Shown here: positions 17,416 to 24,995 of the stretch, in pieces
Layout of the letters: each line of letters starts with the position of its first letter
How positions within the stretch are numbered: position 1 is the stretch's first letter
Made by a program: the position numbers and the translations under genes
Source: an uncultured Ruminococcus sp.
Lineage (GTDB): Bacteria; Bacillota; Clostridia; Oscillospirales; Ruminococcaceae
DNA length: 64,000 bases
Assembly: GCA_947169885.1 (NCBI GenBank)
Contig: CAMVRM010000005.1
Span: 26,327 to 90,326 of the forward strand
Reading direction: 5' to 3'
The notes under the pieces: model-generated
What the model was told of the DNA's origin: nothing
Databases searched by the model: none
Seen by the model: only the letters and a program-made list of their open reading frames with translations

Positions 17416-18648
17416 ATGATAAAAATTTTGATAGTTGACAGTGATAACACGATACTCTCACTTGCAAAGCGTGTTCTTTCAGATAAATATGAGGTAGTTT
17501 CAGCATCTGACGATGATGAAGCGATAGATGTTTTTGACAGAGAAGACCCTGATATGCTGCTCGCCGACTTTATGATGTCAGGAATGAACGGCATTGAACT
17601 CAGAGCCGAACTCCAACGCCGCAGCGGACGGGCTATCCCGACACTGTTCATGACCTCTGACACAACGGCTGAACCTTCAAATGACGAGTTCATAAACAAG
17701 CCTTTTGAGCCGCAGGAACTTCTTGAAAAAGTTGAGACTGTATTCAATAACGGCGATGTTGCCGAAAAATTCAGCAAAGCTTGCGCTTCGGGCAACGGCG
17801 CTCTTATGCTTGTTAAGCTTGTAAGCCGTGAAGCCCCTGAAAAATCAGTTGTCGACGGTTTTGAAAATGCACTCAAAAAAGCACTGATGCCTGACGATAT
17901 GATGTTAAAGACCGACACTATCTACAAACTTTTTGTTTACGATATGGTTTCCGACAGTTCTGCCGAAGAGTTTATAGAAAAACTTGACGATCAGGTGAGC
18001 GAAATTTCCGATGGCAAAGTCGGCTGCTGTGCAGGTGTTGTTTTTGCCCCTGAGCATGGAACTGATCTTGCTGAACTTTCTGAGTTCGCCGATAAGTGCC
18101 TTAAAGACATTGAAGCACAGAAGCACACAGGCTGTCTTGTGTTCTCGCCTTTCGATCATCAGCCTGTCAGCAACGCAGGAACTACTGACCTGCAAATGCT
18201 CAGTCAGATGTTTGAGGAACACTCAATGGTCGACAGCGCTTTCGTTATCGAGACAGAAGCGTTCAGCTATGTTTATCGTTTCCTGCTCAGATATATCCAA
18301 AGTTACAGCTCGTCAGCGTATAAACTGCTAGTCACCCTCTCGCCCCTGAGTGACGGCTTTGACGAAGAACCTATCACCGAAGTGACCGATGCTTTCGGAG
18401 ATATGGTCGCACACTCACTGAGAAAGAGCGACATCATGGTGCGCACCAACGACAATCAGTATCTTATTATCCTGCCCGAGATCACCGAGACTGACACCGA
18501 ACGGCTTGTTAAGCGCCTGCTGAGAAAGTGGAATACGCTTGAAAAGTCCCGTTTTGCAGAAGTGACTTACGAAGCAGAGGCGATCATCGCAGAAAAACAC
18601 CAGCGTGAACATCGCAGAAATGTCCGTGCCACTGACGAAGACGCATAA
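17416..18648 (+). CDS. response-regulator receiver domain protein with degenerate GGDEF-like output domain(s)
   Basis: REC domain: 'ILIVDSDN...DMLLADFMMSGMNGIEL...KPF'. The C-terminal 'SDIMVRTNDNQYLIILPE' occupies the GGDEF position (NDNQY), and a similar degenerate segment 'MMLKTDTIYKLFVYD' lies upstream. Confidence 0.7.
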   Translation: MIKILIVDSDNTILSLAKRVLSDKYEVVSASDDDEAIDVFDREDPDMLLADFMMSGMNGIELRAELQRRSGRAIPTLFMTSDTTAEPSNDEFINKPFEPQELLEKVETVFNNGDVAEKFSKACASGNGALMLVKLVSREAPEKSVVDGFENALKKALMPDDMMLKTDTIYKLFVYDMVSDSSAEEFIEKLDDQVSEISDGKVGCCAGVVFAPEHGTDLAELSEFADKCLKDIEAQKHTGCLVFSPFDHQPVSNAGTTDLQMLSQMFEEHSMVDSAFVIETEAFSYVYRFLLRYIQSYSSSAYKLLVTLSPLSDGFDEEPITEVTDAFGDMVAHSLRKSDIMVRTNDNQYLIILPEITETDTERLVKRLLRKWNTLEKSRFAEVTYEAEAIIAEKHQREHRRNVRATDEDA

Positions 18649-18654
18649 CACAAA

Positions 18655-18693
18655 AGCCGATCGAAGAAAACTTATCCTCGGTCGGCTGTTTTT
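18655..18693 (+). terminator. intrinsic terminator after the REC protein gene
   Basis: AGCCGATCGA ... TCGGTCGGCT followed by a T-run. Confidence 0.65.
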
Positions 18694-18731
18694 ATGTATT
18701 GTTGCGGCTTTTTTTATGTATTGTTGCGGCT
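18689..18731. repeat. perfect 21-nt tandem duplication (period 22) spanning the stop codon of the GTPase-NYN gene
   Basis: TTTTTATGTATTGTTGCGGCT occurs at 18689-18709 and 18711-18731. Confidence 0.9.
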
Positions 18732-21272
18732 GATAATGTCGGAGATAGACGCTTCGGCAGATTCGACTTCGGCTTTCAGCTCGCTTGCGGACATTCTGAG
18801 CGCACCTGTCCGCATTATCGACATCTGCACAAGCCCGTCACTGCTTGCGACTTTTATGCGCTTTTTTGTGCGGTTCTCACTGCAATAGCTTTCGATAAAC
18901 GCATCGCTCGTCTGCCCGGAAGCCGTGTAGATGACTTCTATCGCTTCGGCACGTATCTTTTGCGGCGTGACAGCAGGAGTTTTGTAAGCATCGAAAACCA
19001 GCATCAGGTCAAGCCCCTTGAAACCTGCGTAATTGCTGAGAATATCCGCAAGCTTTCCGCAGGCAGAGTCGATGTTCACGCTTGCAAGACTGCGCAGTTC
19101 TTCCCACGCAAATACGATGTTATAACCGTCCACAAGCAGAAGTCGCGGACGTGTATCGGGCTTTGACTTTGCCGCCTGACGCTTTTTTATCTCGGCGGCT
19201 TCACGGTTGCGCTCCTCGTCATTGTTCGTGATAACACGCTTTGGAGCAATTTTCTGCATGATACGTTCCAGTTCGTCCTCGCCCAAAGAATAAGCACGCC
19301 GCTCGTGCGGTTCAGCTGCCCTGCCCTTGACAAGCGTTGAGGACAGGTGCATTTTTTCGTCCGCCTCTGCCCAGTTCACAACATCTCCCGAACCGTGCGA
19401 ACAGAACACCGAATCGGCAGTGTTCGCAAGGTCAGCTTCTGCATCATAGCCGCACTCTGCAATGACCTCATCAGCGTTCCGACATGGCGCATAGCCTGCA
19501 TTTTCAAGCGAAAGACTGCCGTGTCCCTTTGTGAAAGCCGCTACTTCCGAGGAATAACTGCGGAGCTTTGCGGCAGGCGCTTTTCCACTGATAACGCTCA
19601 TTCCGCTCTCCTCTTCGGGCTGTGACATCTCCGCACCCATGAAGTCAAGATCGCTCATCGCACGTCCAAGCTGTTCGGTCGGAACGGTCAGCCGAAAACT
19701 GAAATACGGCTCGAGCAGAACTGACTTCCCTTTCATCAGCCCCTGCCTGACCGCCCTCCACGCCGCTTCACGAAAATCGCCGCCCTCGGTGTGCTTCGGG
19801 TGGGCACGTCCTGCCGAGAGTGTTATCTTCATGTCGGTTATCGGACTGCCCGTCAGCACGCCGATATGCTCTTTCGACTTCAAAGACGAGATTATCAGGT
19901 TCTGCCAGTTTCGGTCGAGAAGATCTTCGCTCACCGCCGTGTCAAAAACGATACCGCTTCCCTGCGGCAAAGGCGACAGGATCAGATGAACTTCTGCGTA
20001 ATGGCGGAGCGGCTCAAAGTGTCCGCAGCCCTCCACAGGCTCGGCGATCGTTTCCTTGTACATGATGCGCCCCTCGCCGACAGTTATTTCCAGCCCGAAA
20101 CGGCGCTTCATCTCAGACTTGATGATCTCCGTCTGCATCTCGCCCATAAGCCCGAGAGTTATCTCGCCCAGCCGTTCGTTAAAGCCGACCTCGAGCGCAG
20201 GGTCTTCCTCACGCAGTTCATACAGCTTTGACAGAAGCGTGAAATTATCCGTACCTGACGGCGGATAAACGGCACAGCTTATGACAGGGCGAAGTTTTCC
20301 GCTCAGACTGTCGGTGCGGCTGCCCAAGCCCTGCCCTGCGTAAGTCGAAGTCAGCCCCAGCAGCGACACCACATCGCCTTGTTCCGCCTTATCGACCTCG
20401 GTGAACTTTCCGCCGCTGTAAATGCGGATGCGTGCAAGCTTTTCCTCAATGGGTACGCCCGAAGCCCCACGGTATTTCAGCGTCTGGCGCACTTTCAGCG
20501 AACCGCCCGTCAGCTTGACACAGGTCATGCGCTTGCCGTCAGCGTCACGCTCGATCTTGAACACCCGTGCGGAAAATTCCTCCTGCGGCGGCTGAGGCTT
20601 GATGTAGCAGTCAAGCGCCGAAAGCAGTTCGGAAACGCCCTGATCTTTGAGCGCCGCTCCGAAATACATCGGAAAAAGTTCACGCCCCATGACAGCCCTG
20701 CTGAGTTCTGCGGCGGTGAGTGTGCCGTTTTTGTCATAGCTTTCGATAAGGCTGTCAGAACAGAACGCAGCCGCTTCTATACGCTCGTCATCGGGAAGTG
20801 TAAAGTCGCACAGCTTGTCAGACAGGCGGCGGTGAAGCTGTTTTATAAGCGTCTGCTTGTCAAAGCCCGCAAGATCGGTCTTATTTACGAAAACGAGAGT
20901 AGGGACTTTTTTCGCTTTGAGCAGTTTCCACAGCAGTTCAGTGTGAGCCGCAGCGCCGTCAGCTGCACTCACCAGCAGTACTGCCGCATCGAGTATCGAG
21001 ACTGCCCTTTCCGCTTCGGCGGCAAAGTCAGCGTGTCCCGGGGTGTCGACAAGATAAAAATGGGTATTTCCGAAATCAAAGACCGCCTGTTTCGAGAATA
21101 TCGTGATACCACGCTGTTTTTCAAGCTCGTGAGTGTCGAGGAACGCATCGCCGGTGTCCACACGTCCACGCTTTCTCACAGCACCCGACAGATACAAAAT
21201 GCTCTCGGACAAGGTAGTTTTTCCTGCGTCAACATCGGCGAAAATGCCGATCGTCAGCTTTTTATTATCCAT
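18714..21272 (-). CDS. EF-G/TetM-like translational GTPase fused to C-terminal YacP/Rae1-type NYN domain
   Basis: G1 'ADVDAGKTT', 'RGITI', G3 'DTPGHADF', G4 'NKTD'. About 650 aa are colinear with 5-domain trGTPases. The C-terminal 143 aa 'LLVDGYN...VFDAYK...TSDAFIE...ASSDG...GALRMSASEL' match YacP/Rae1. Confidence 0.8.
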   Translation of the reverse strand: MDNKKLTIGIFADVDAGKTTLSESILYLSGAVRKRGRVDTGDAFLDTHELEKQRGITIFSKQAVFDFGNTHFYLVDTPGHADFAAEAERAVSILDAAVLLVSAADGAAAHTELLWKLLKAKKVPTLVFVNKTDLAGFDKQTLIKQLHRRLSDKLCDFTLPDDERIEAAAFCSDSLIESYDKNGTLTAAELSRAVMGRELFPMYFGAALKDQGVSELLSALDCYIKPQPPQEEFSARVFKIERDADGKRMTCVKLTGGSLKVRQTLKYRGASGVPIEEKLARIRIYSGGKFTEVDKAEQGDVVSLLGLTSTYAGQGLGSRTDSLSGKLRPVISCAVYPPSGTDNFTLLSKLYELREEDPALEVGFNERLGEITLGLMGEMQTEIIKSEMKRRFGLEITVGEGRIMYKETIAEPVEGCGHFEPLRHYAEVHLILSPLPQGSGIVFDTAVSEDLLDRNWQNLIISSLKSKEHIGVLTGSPITDMKITLSAGRAHPKHTEGGDFREAAWRAVRQGLMKGKSVLLEPYFSFRLTVPTEQLGRAMSDLDFMGAEMSQPEEESGMSVISGKAPAAKLRSYSSEVAAFTKGHGSLSLENAGYAPCRNADEVIAECGYDAEADLANTADSVFCSHGSGDVVNWAEADEKMHLSSTLVKGRAAEPHERRAYSLGEDELERIMQKIAPKRVITNNDEERNREAAEIKKRQAAKSKPDTRPRLLLVDGYNIVFAWEELRSLASVNIDSACGKLADILSNYAGFKGLDLMLVFDAYKTPAVTPQKIRAEAIEVIYTASGQTSDAFIESYCSENRTKKRIKVASSDGLVQMSIMRTGALRMSASELKAEVESAEASISDIISRNNT
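18717..19145 (-). other. segment encoding the NYN (YacP/Rae1-like) domain of the GTPase fusion
   Basis: Codons for RLLLVDGYN (from 19145) through the stop. There is no stop or frameshift between it and the GTPase part. Confidence 0.7.
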
Positions 21273-21479
21273 AAACGTTCATCACACTCCAACAGGTAAG
21301 ATTTGCGAAAATTTGTACGAAACAAGCATCTCATACGAAATACCATTGTCATTTACGCTAATGTGCGAAATGTTTCGTTAAAAATATGAAGGAATTGTAT
21401 ATTGCGTACATTGTAAAATTATAGAAATTGTGCAGTTATACAAATATTTTGTTAAATACACAATATATCTCCGTCAGAC

Positions 21480-21508
21480 TTGACAAATAAAGATAATTGT
21501 AGTATAAT
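21480..21508 (+). promoter_or_regulatory. consensus sigma-A promoter (TTGACA-17-TATAAT) for the pilin-like gene
   Basis: TTGACA at 21480-21485 and TATAAT at 21503-21508. Confidence 0.65.
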
Positions 21509-21596
21509 AAATACATAAGATGAAGAAAATATTAGGAAAGTCAAAGGCTGGTTACGAAATTTAAGGAAAATAATTGAATAGAAAGAAGGATTGGTT

Positions 21597-22319
21597 ATGA
21601 AAAAAATTAACAAGAACCTTAAAGGTTTTACTCTTATAGAACTGGTCGTTGTTATCTCAATAATAGGAGTGTTGGCGGCGATCATCGTTCCGTCTATATT
21701 GAATTACGTTCACAAAGCTTGCCGTGCTTCCGACAAGGTGACTGCAAGGCTCATCGGAACAACAGTCATGAATCTTATGGCTGAAAGCCCTGATTTTGAG
21801 GACAACTTCTACAACGCTGACACGATGCTCTGGACTGTCACCATTGACGGCGAGACTTATAAATTCAGAAACGTTGCCCGTGCGGACGGCTCGAAAAACT
21901 GCTACGGCAGCGACCACAACGAAAACAGAAACAATCACAAGCAGTCGGGGCGTGGCTGGGAATTCACTTCCGCTAAGGATGCTAATGTTAAAGTCACTGA
22001 CACGCTCAACACCCGTCTTTATGATGTTATCGGCGGCGATGTTGACAACATGAGTTTTATACCCATGAGGAGTTCGGGATATAAGCACCCGTACAAAGAC
22101 TGCAACCACGATAAGGGCTATACCAACTCCAACAAAAGGGGCAATGAACGAAATAGCTCTCCCACATACAGCTATACCGACAAGTGGATCGTCGGCTACA
22201 ACGCAGGCAAAGACGGCAAGGAAAAAGGTCAGGTCGAAGTCTGGGCAGGCGATTCCTACGGCAAGGGAACTAACGGTCCGAGAGTTCGTCTGTGGCCTGC
22301 TCCCCCCTCTTATTACTAA
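21597..22319 (+). CDS. prepilin-type N-terminal cleavage/methylation domain protein (type IV pilin/pseudopilin-like), orphan
   Basis: 'KG|FTLIELVVVISIIGVLAAIIVPS' class-III signal. ATG at 21597 has a GAAGGA RBS. No pilus assembly genes nearby. Confidence 0.8.
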   Translation: MKKINKNLKGFTLIELVVVISIIGVLAAIIVPSILNYVHKACRASDKVTARLIGTTVMNLMAESPDFEDNFYNADTMLWTVTIDGETYKFRNVARADGSKNCYGSDHNENRNNHKQSGRGWEFTSAKDANVKVTDTLNTRLYDVIGGDVDNMSFIPMRSSGYKHPYKDCNHDKGYTNSNKRGNERNSSPTYSYTDKWIVGYNAGKDGKEKGQVEVWAGDSYGKGTNGPRVRLWPAPPSYY

Positions 22320-22420
22320 GCTTCCACATTATAAAAGACTTCCACGTTCTACATGATGTTCTCCATTAAAAAGCCTGCATCCTCACGGGTGCAGGTTTTT
22401 TATGTGCGTTTGTTTCTATT

Positions 22421-23242
22421 TCAGGCAAGTTCGGGGCGCTTTATCATATAATACTGTGCCGAGCCGTCAGTGATATTCACTTGAACTTCAAAGCCGTCAA
22501 GATTATATCTTATGACATCGCCGCCGTTGTCAAGCCCGTCATTTCCGAGCGAATTCACCACATCTTCTGAGGATGCACCAAGTCCCACGCCGATCACCAG
22601 TTTCACATCAGATGATTCATGTTTTTCACTTTCGATAGTCACCTGATAGATAACGCCGTTAAACACTGAAATATCCATTCCGTCATAGTGATAGATAGTT
22701 GCGGTGTGGTCGTCAACACCGTTTGAAACTTCCTCGTTATCGGTTTTTTTGTCGCCCAGTCTGCCCTCAACATCGCCCATATTGTCCCCCACCGAGAACT
22801 CCTGACCGTTATAGCTTATGCGAACTTTTTCGGCAAAACTTTTCTGAGGTTCTTCCGGCTCTTGCGGCTGGTCAGGCTCAGAGGGCTGCGGTTCTTCGGG
22901 CTGAGGTTCTTCCACAACAGGCACTTCAACGATAATGGTCTGTGTCACGGGCTTCTGTGTTGTTGTGGCAGTAGTGGTCTCAGTCTTTTTTGTGGTGGTA
23001 GTTTCTTTTTTGGTTTTCTTCGTTGTTTCAGTTTCAGAAGTTTCAGGCTGTGCGGCAGTTGTTCCCGACATTGTAAGCTCGGGACCTGTCGTGACCTTTA
23101 CCTGTGCAGTCGTAGTCGAAGTTCTGAGAGTCGCCAGAGTAACGCTTCCCTTTTTTTCGTTGTCATCTATCTTACCGCATGATGCAAAGCAAAGTATAGC
23201 CGCTGCTGCCGCCGCAAATTTGATCACTTTCTGTCTGTTCAT
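22421..23242 (-). CDS. lipoprotein with Thr/Lys- and Pro/Glu-rich linkers
   Basis: ATG at 23242 (GGAGGA RBS) gives 'MNRQKVIKFAAAAAAILCFAS|CGK', which contains a lipobox. Low-complexity linkers 'TTKKTKKETTTTKKTETTT' and 'EEPQPEEPQPSEPDQPQEPEEPQ'. Confidence 0.7.
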   Translation of the reverse strand: MNRQKVIKFAAAAAAILCFASCGKIDDNEKKGSVTLATLRTSTTTAQVKVTTGPELTMSGTTAAQPETSETETTKKTKKETTTTKKTETTTATTTQKPVTQTIIVEVPVVEEPQPEEPQPSEPDQPQEPEEPQKSFAEKVRISYNGQEFSVGDNMGDVEGRLGDKKTDNEEVSNGVDDHTATIYHYDGMDISVFNGVIYQVTIESEKHESSDVKLVIGVGLGASSEDVVNSLGNDGLDNGGDVIRYNLDGFEVQVNITDGSAQYYMIKRPELA

Positions 23243-23474
23243 TATCGCTATCCTCCTGAGTCTTATAAGGAACTGTGCATTTATAATAAAAAGTATCTTT
23301 TTCAAGATCAAGCATTCGGAAACATCGAAATGCCGTTATTTTTTTATAAATGAACCACACTTTTATTTTACTACAATATCGCTTTTTTGTCAATACAGTA
23401 CAAGCTAAAATCATGATATTGCCGAAATTTGCATAGTGTTTGAATGAAAATTTACACCTTTTTCATCTAGGATA

Positions 23475-23523
23475 TTGCATTTTACAAATTAATGTGCTAT
23501 AATATAAGTTATCGTACAATAAC
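23475..23523 (+). promoter_or_regulatory. promoter (TTGCAT-17-TGcTATAAT) followed by palindrome GTTATcgtacaATAAC (possible metalloregulator operator) upstream of the CobW genes
   Basis: -35 at 23475-23480, -10 at 23498-23503, palindrome at 23508-23523. Confidence 0.45.
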
Positions 23524-23558
23524 CAGACTTATTTTTAAAAGGAAAGAAGTGCATCAAT

Positions 23559-24704
23559 ATGACAAAGATCACAATTTTTTCGGGCTTTCTTGGCGCAGGC
23601 AAGACCACACTTATCAAGAAACTCATTGCTGACGGCTACAACGGTGAAAAGCTTGTCCTCATCGAAAATGAGTTCGGACAGATAGGCATTGACGGCGGTT
23701 TCTTGCAGGACGCAGGCGTTGAGATAACCGAAATGAACTCAGGCTGCATCTGCTGCTCGCTGGTAGGCGATTTTGGCAAGGCACTCGTTAAGGTTCTTGA
23801 CGAATACGCTCCCGACCGCATACTTATCGAACCTTCGGGCGTTGGCAAGCTGTCGGACGTTATCCGTGCAGTTCAGGACATCGGTACTGACAAGGCTGTT
23901 CTTGACGGCTTCACGACCGTTGTCGATGCTAAAAAGTGCAAGATGTATCAGAAAAACTTCGGTGAGTTCTTCAACAACCAGATAACCTATGCAAGCTGCC
24001 TTATCCTCAGCCACACCGCAGGACTTTCTCAGGCAAAGCTTGATGACTGCGTTGAGAGACTTCGTGCGCTCAACCCTGCCGCTCCTATCGTTACTACCGA
24101 TTGGGATCAGCTGACAGGCAAGCAGCTCACCGATGCTATGACACAGAAAAATACTCTTGATGATGAACTCAAAGAGCTTCTCGCCGAGGCTGAGCATGAG
24201 CATGAGCATCATCACCACCACGACCACGATGATGACGAGCATGAGCATGAGCATCATCATCACCATGACGATGACGAGCATGAACATGAGCATCACCACC
24301 ATGACCATGACGATGACGAGCATGAGCATGAACATCATCACCACCACGATCACGACCATGACCACGGTGAAGGCTGCACCTGCGGCTGCCACGATCATGA
24401 CCACGATCATCACCACCACCACGCAGACGAAGTATTCACAAGCTGGGGCATCGAGACTGCTCGCAAGTACACCAAAGAAGAGATCGAGACTATCCTCGGT
24501 GAGCTGGAATCGGAATCGACTTACGGCTATGTTCTCCGTGCAAAGGGCATCGTTGAGGGCAAGAACGGCGAGTGGATACACTTTGACTATGTTCCCGGTG
24601 TGCCCGATGTCCGCACAGGCTCGGCTTCGACTATCGGCAGACTGTGCGTTATCGGCTCGCAGCTGAAAGAGGACGCTGTTGCCGCACTTTTCGCAAAGGA
24701 ATGA
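23559..24704 (+). CDS. COG0523/CobW-family metallochaperone GTPase with internal His/Asp-rich repeat
   Basis: 'GFLGAGKTTLI', CxCC motif 'SGCICCSL', and a His-rich stretch of about 80 aa made of (DDDEHEHEHHHH)n. Confidence 0.85.
   Translation: MTKITIFSGFLGAGKTTLIKKLIADGYNGEKLVLIENEFGQIGIDGGFLQDAGVEITEMNSGCICCSLVGDFGKALVKVLDEYAPDRILIEPSGVGKLSDVIRAVQDIGTDKAVLDGFTTVVDAKKCKMYQKNFGEFFNNQITYASCLILSHTAGLSQAKLDDCVERLRALNPAAPIVTTDWDQLTGKQLTDAMTQKNTLDDELKELLAEAEHEHEHHHHHDHDDDEHEHEHHHHHDDDEHEHEHHHHDHDDDEHEHEHHHHHDHDHDHGEGCTCGCHDHDHDHHHHHADEVFTSWGIETARKYTKEEIETILGELESESTYGYVLRAKGIVEGKNGEWIHFDYVPGVPDVRTGSASTIGRLCVIGSQLKEDAVAALFAKE
24190..24430 (+). repeat. in-frame coding tandem repeat (GAGCATGAGCATGAGCATCATCAC... 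units of ~39-45 nt) encoding the His/Asp-rich tract
   Basis: Four successive DDDEHEHEHHHH-type units lie inside the CobW-family gene. Confidence 0.85.
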
Positions 24705-24722
24705 GACTATTTCTTCCTGTGC

Positions 24723-24983
24723 ATGACATTTGGAAGGCAGAAGCATAGGATAAGCTACGGCAAATTCATGAAGCTTGCATTTGCGCACTGCCAAAGCACA
24801 GGCTGGAACGATCCAAGGATAATAAGGGGCAGCGATCTTGCGTGGTATCAGGTGTGGGAGTTCACTCACCCTGACGGCGTTAAGCTGACCGCCTGCCCGT
24901 TTTATCTTTGGCAGCTTTATCTCAGAGGTGAGCCGCTTGACAGCATTTTCCTGCTGGACAAAGGCATAAATATGAACCATTAG
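24723..24983 (+). CDS. possible small protein between the two CobW paralogues (uncertain)
   Basis: 86-codon ORF in the same frame phase as both neighbours. Its TAG overlaps the RBS of the next gene. There is no clear SD of its own and no family recognised. Confidence 0.3.
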   Translation: MTFGRQKHRISYGKFMKLAFAHCQSTGWNDPRIIRGSDLAWYQVWEFTHPDGVKLTACPFYLWQLYLRGEPLDSIFLLDKGINMNH

Positions 24984-24995
24984 GAGTGGTATATT

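Noticed and set aside
18714-21272. The GTPase might be called a tetracycline-resistance ribosomal protection protein (TetM/TetO).
   Set aside because: Only the generic trGTPase motifs can be recognised by eye. There is no mobile-element context, and the NYN fusion argues for a different function. I make no resistance claim without phylogenetic placement.
20379-21299. This and many other 60-340-codon antisense or overlapping ORFs appear in the track, e.g. 530..1045, 11132..11731, 16302..16853, 17373..17918, 31286..32299, 33005..33691, 36276..36905, 52312..53007, 54332..55108 and 62292..62969.
   Set aside because: Each overlaps a longer ORF that carries strong family signatures on the other strand or frame. 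All lack RBS context. They follow the same stop-depleted antisense-frame pattern.
22699-23408. Plus-strand ORFs (78-157 aa) lie opposite the lipoprotein gene.
   Set aside because: They are the antisense of the Thr/Lys- and Pro/Glu-rich low-complexity linkers. The minus-strand gene has an RBS and a lipobox.
24705-24995. There might be a cobalamin or NiCo riboswitch between the two CobW genes.
   Set aside because: I could not find the B12-box or the conserved GGGA/GCCACTG elements, nor a convincing multi-stem structure. The segment reads as an open frame in phase with its neighbours, so I list it instead as a low-confidence small CDS.
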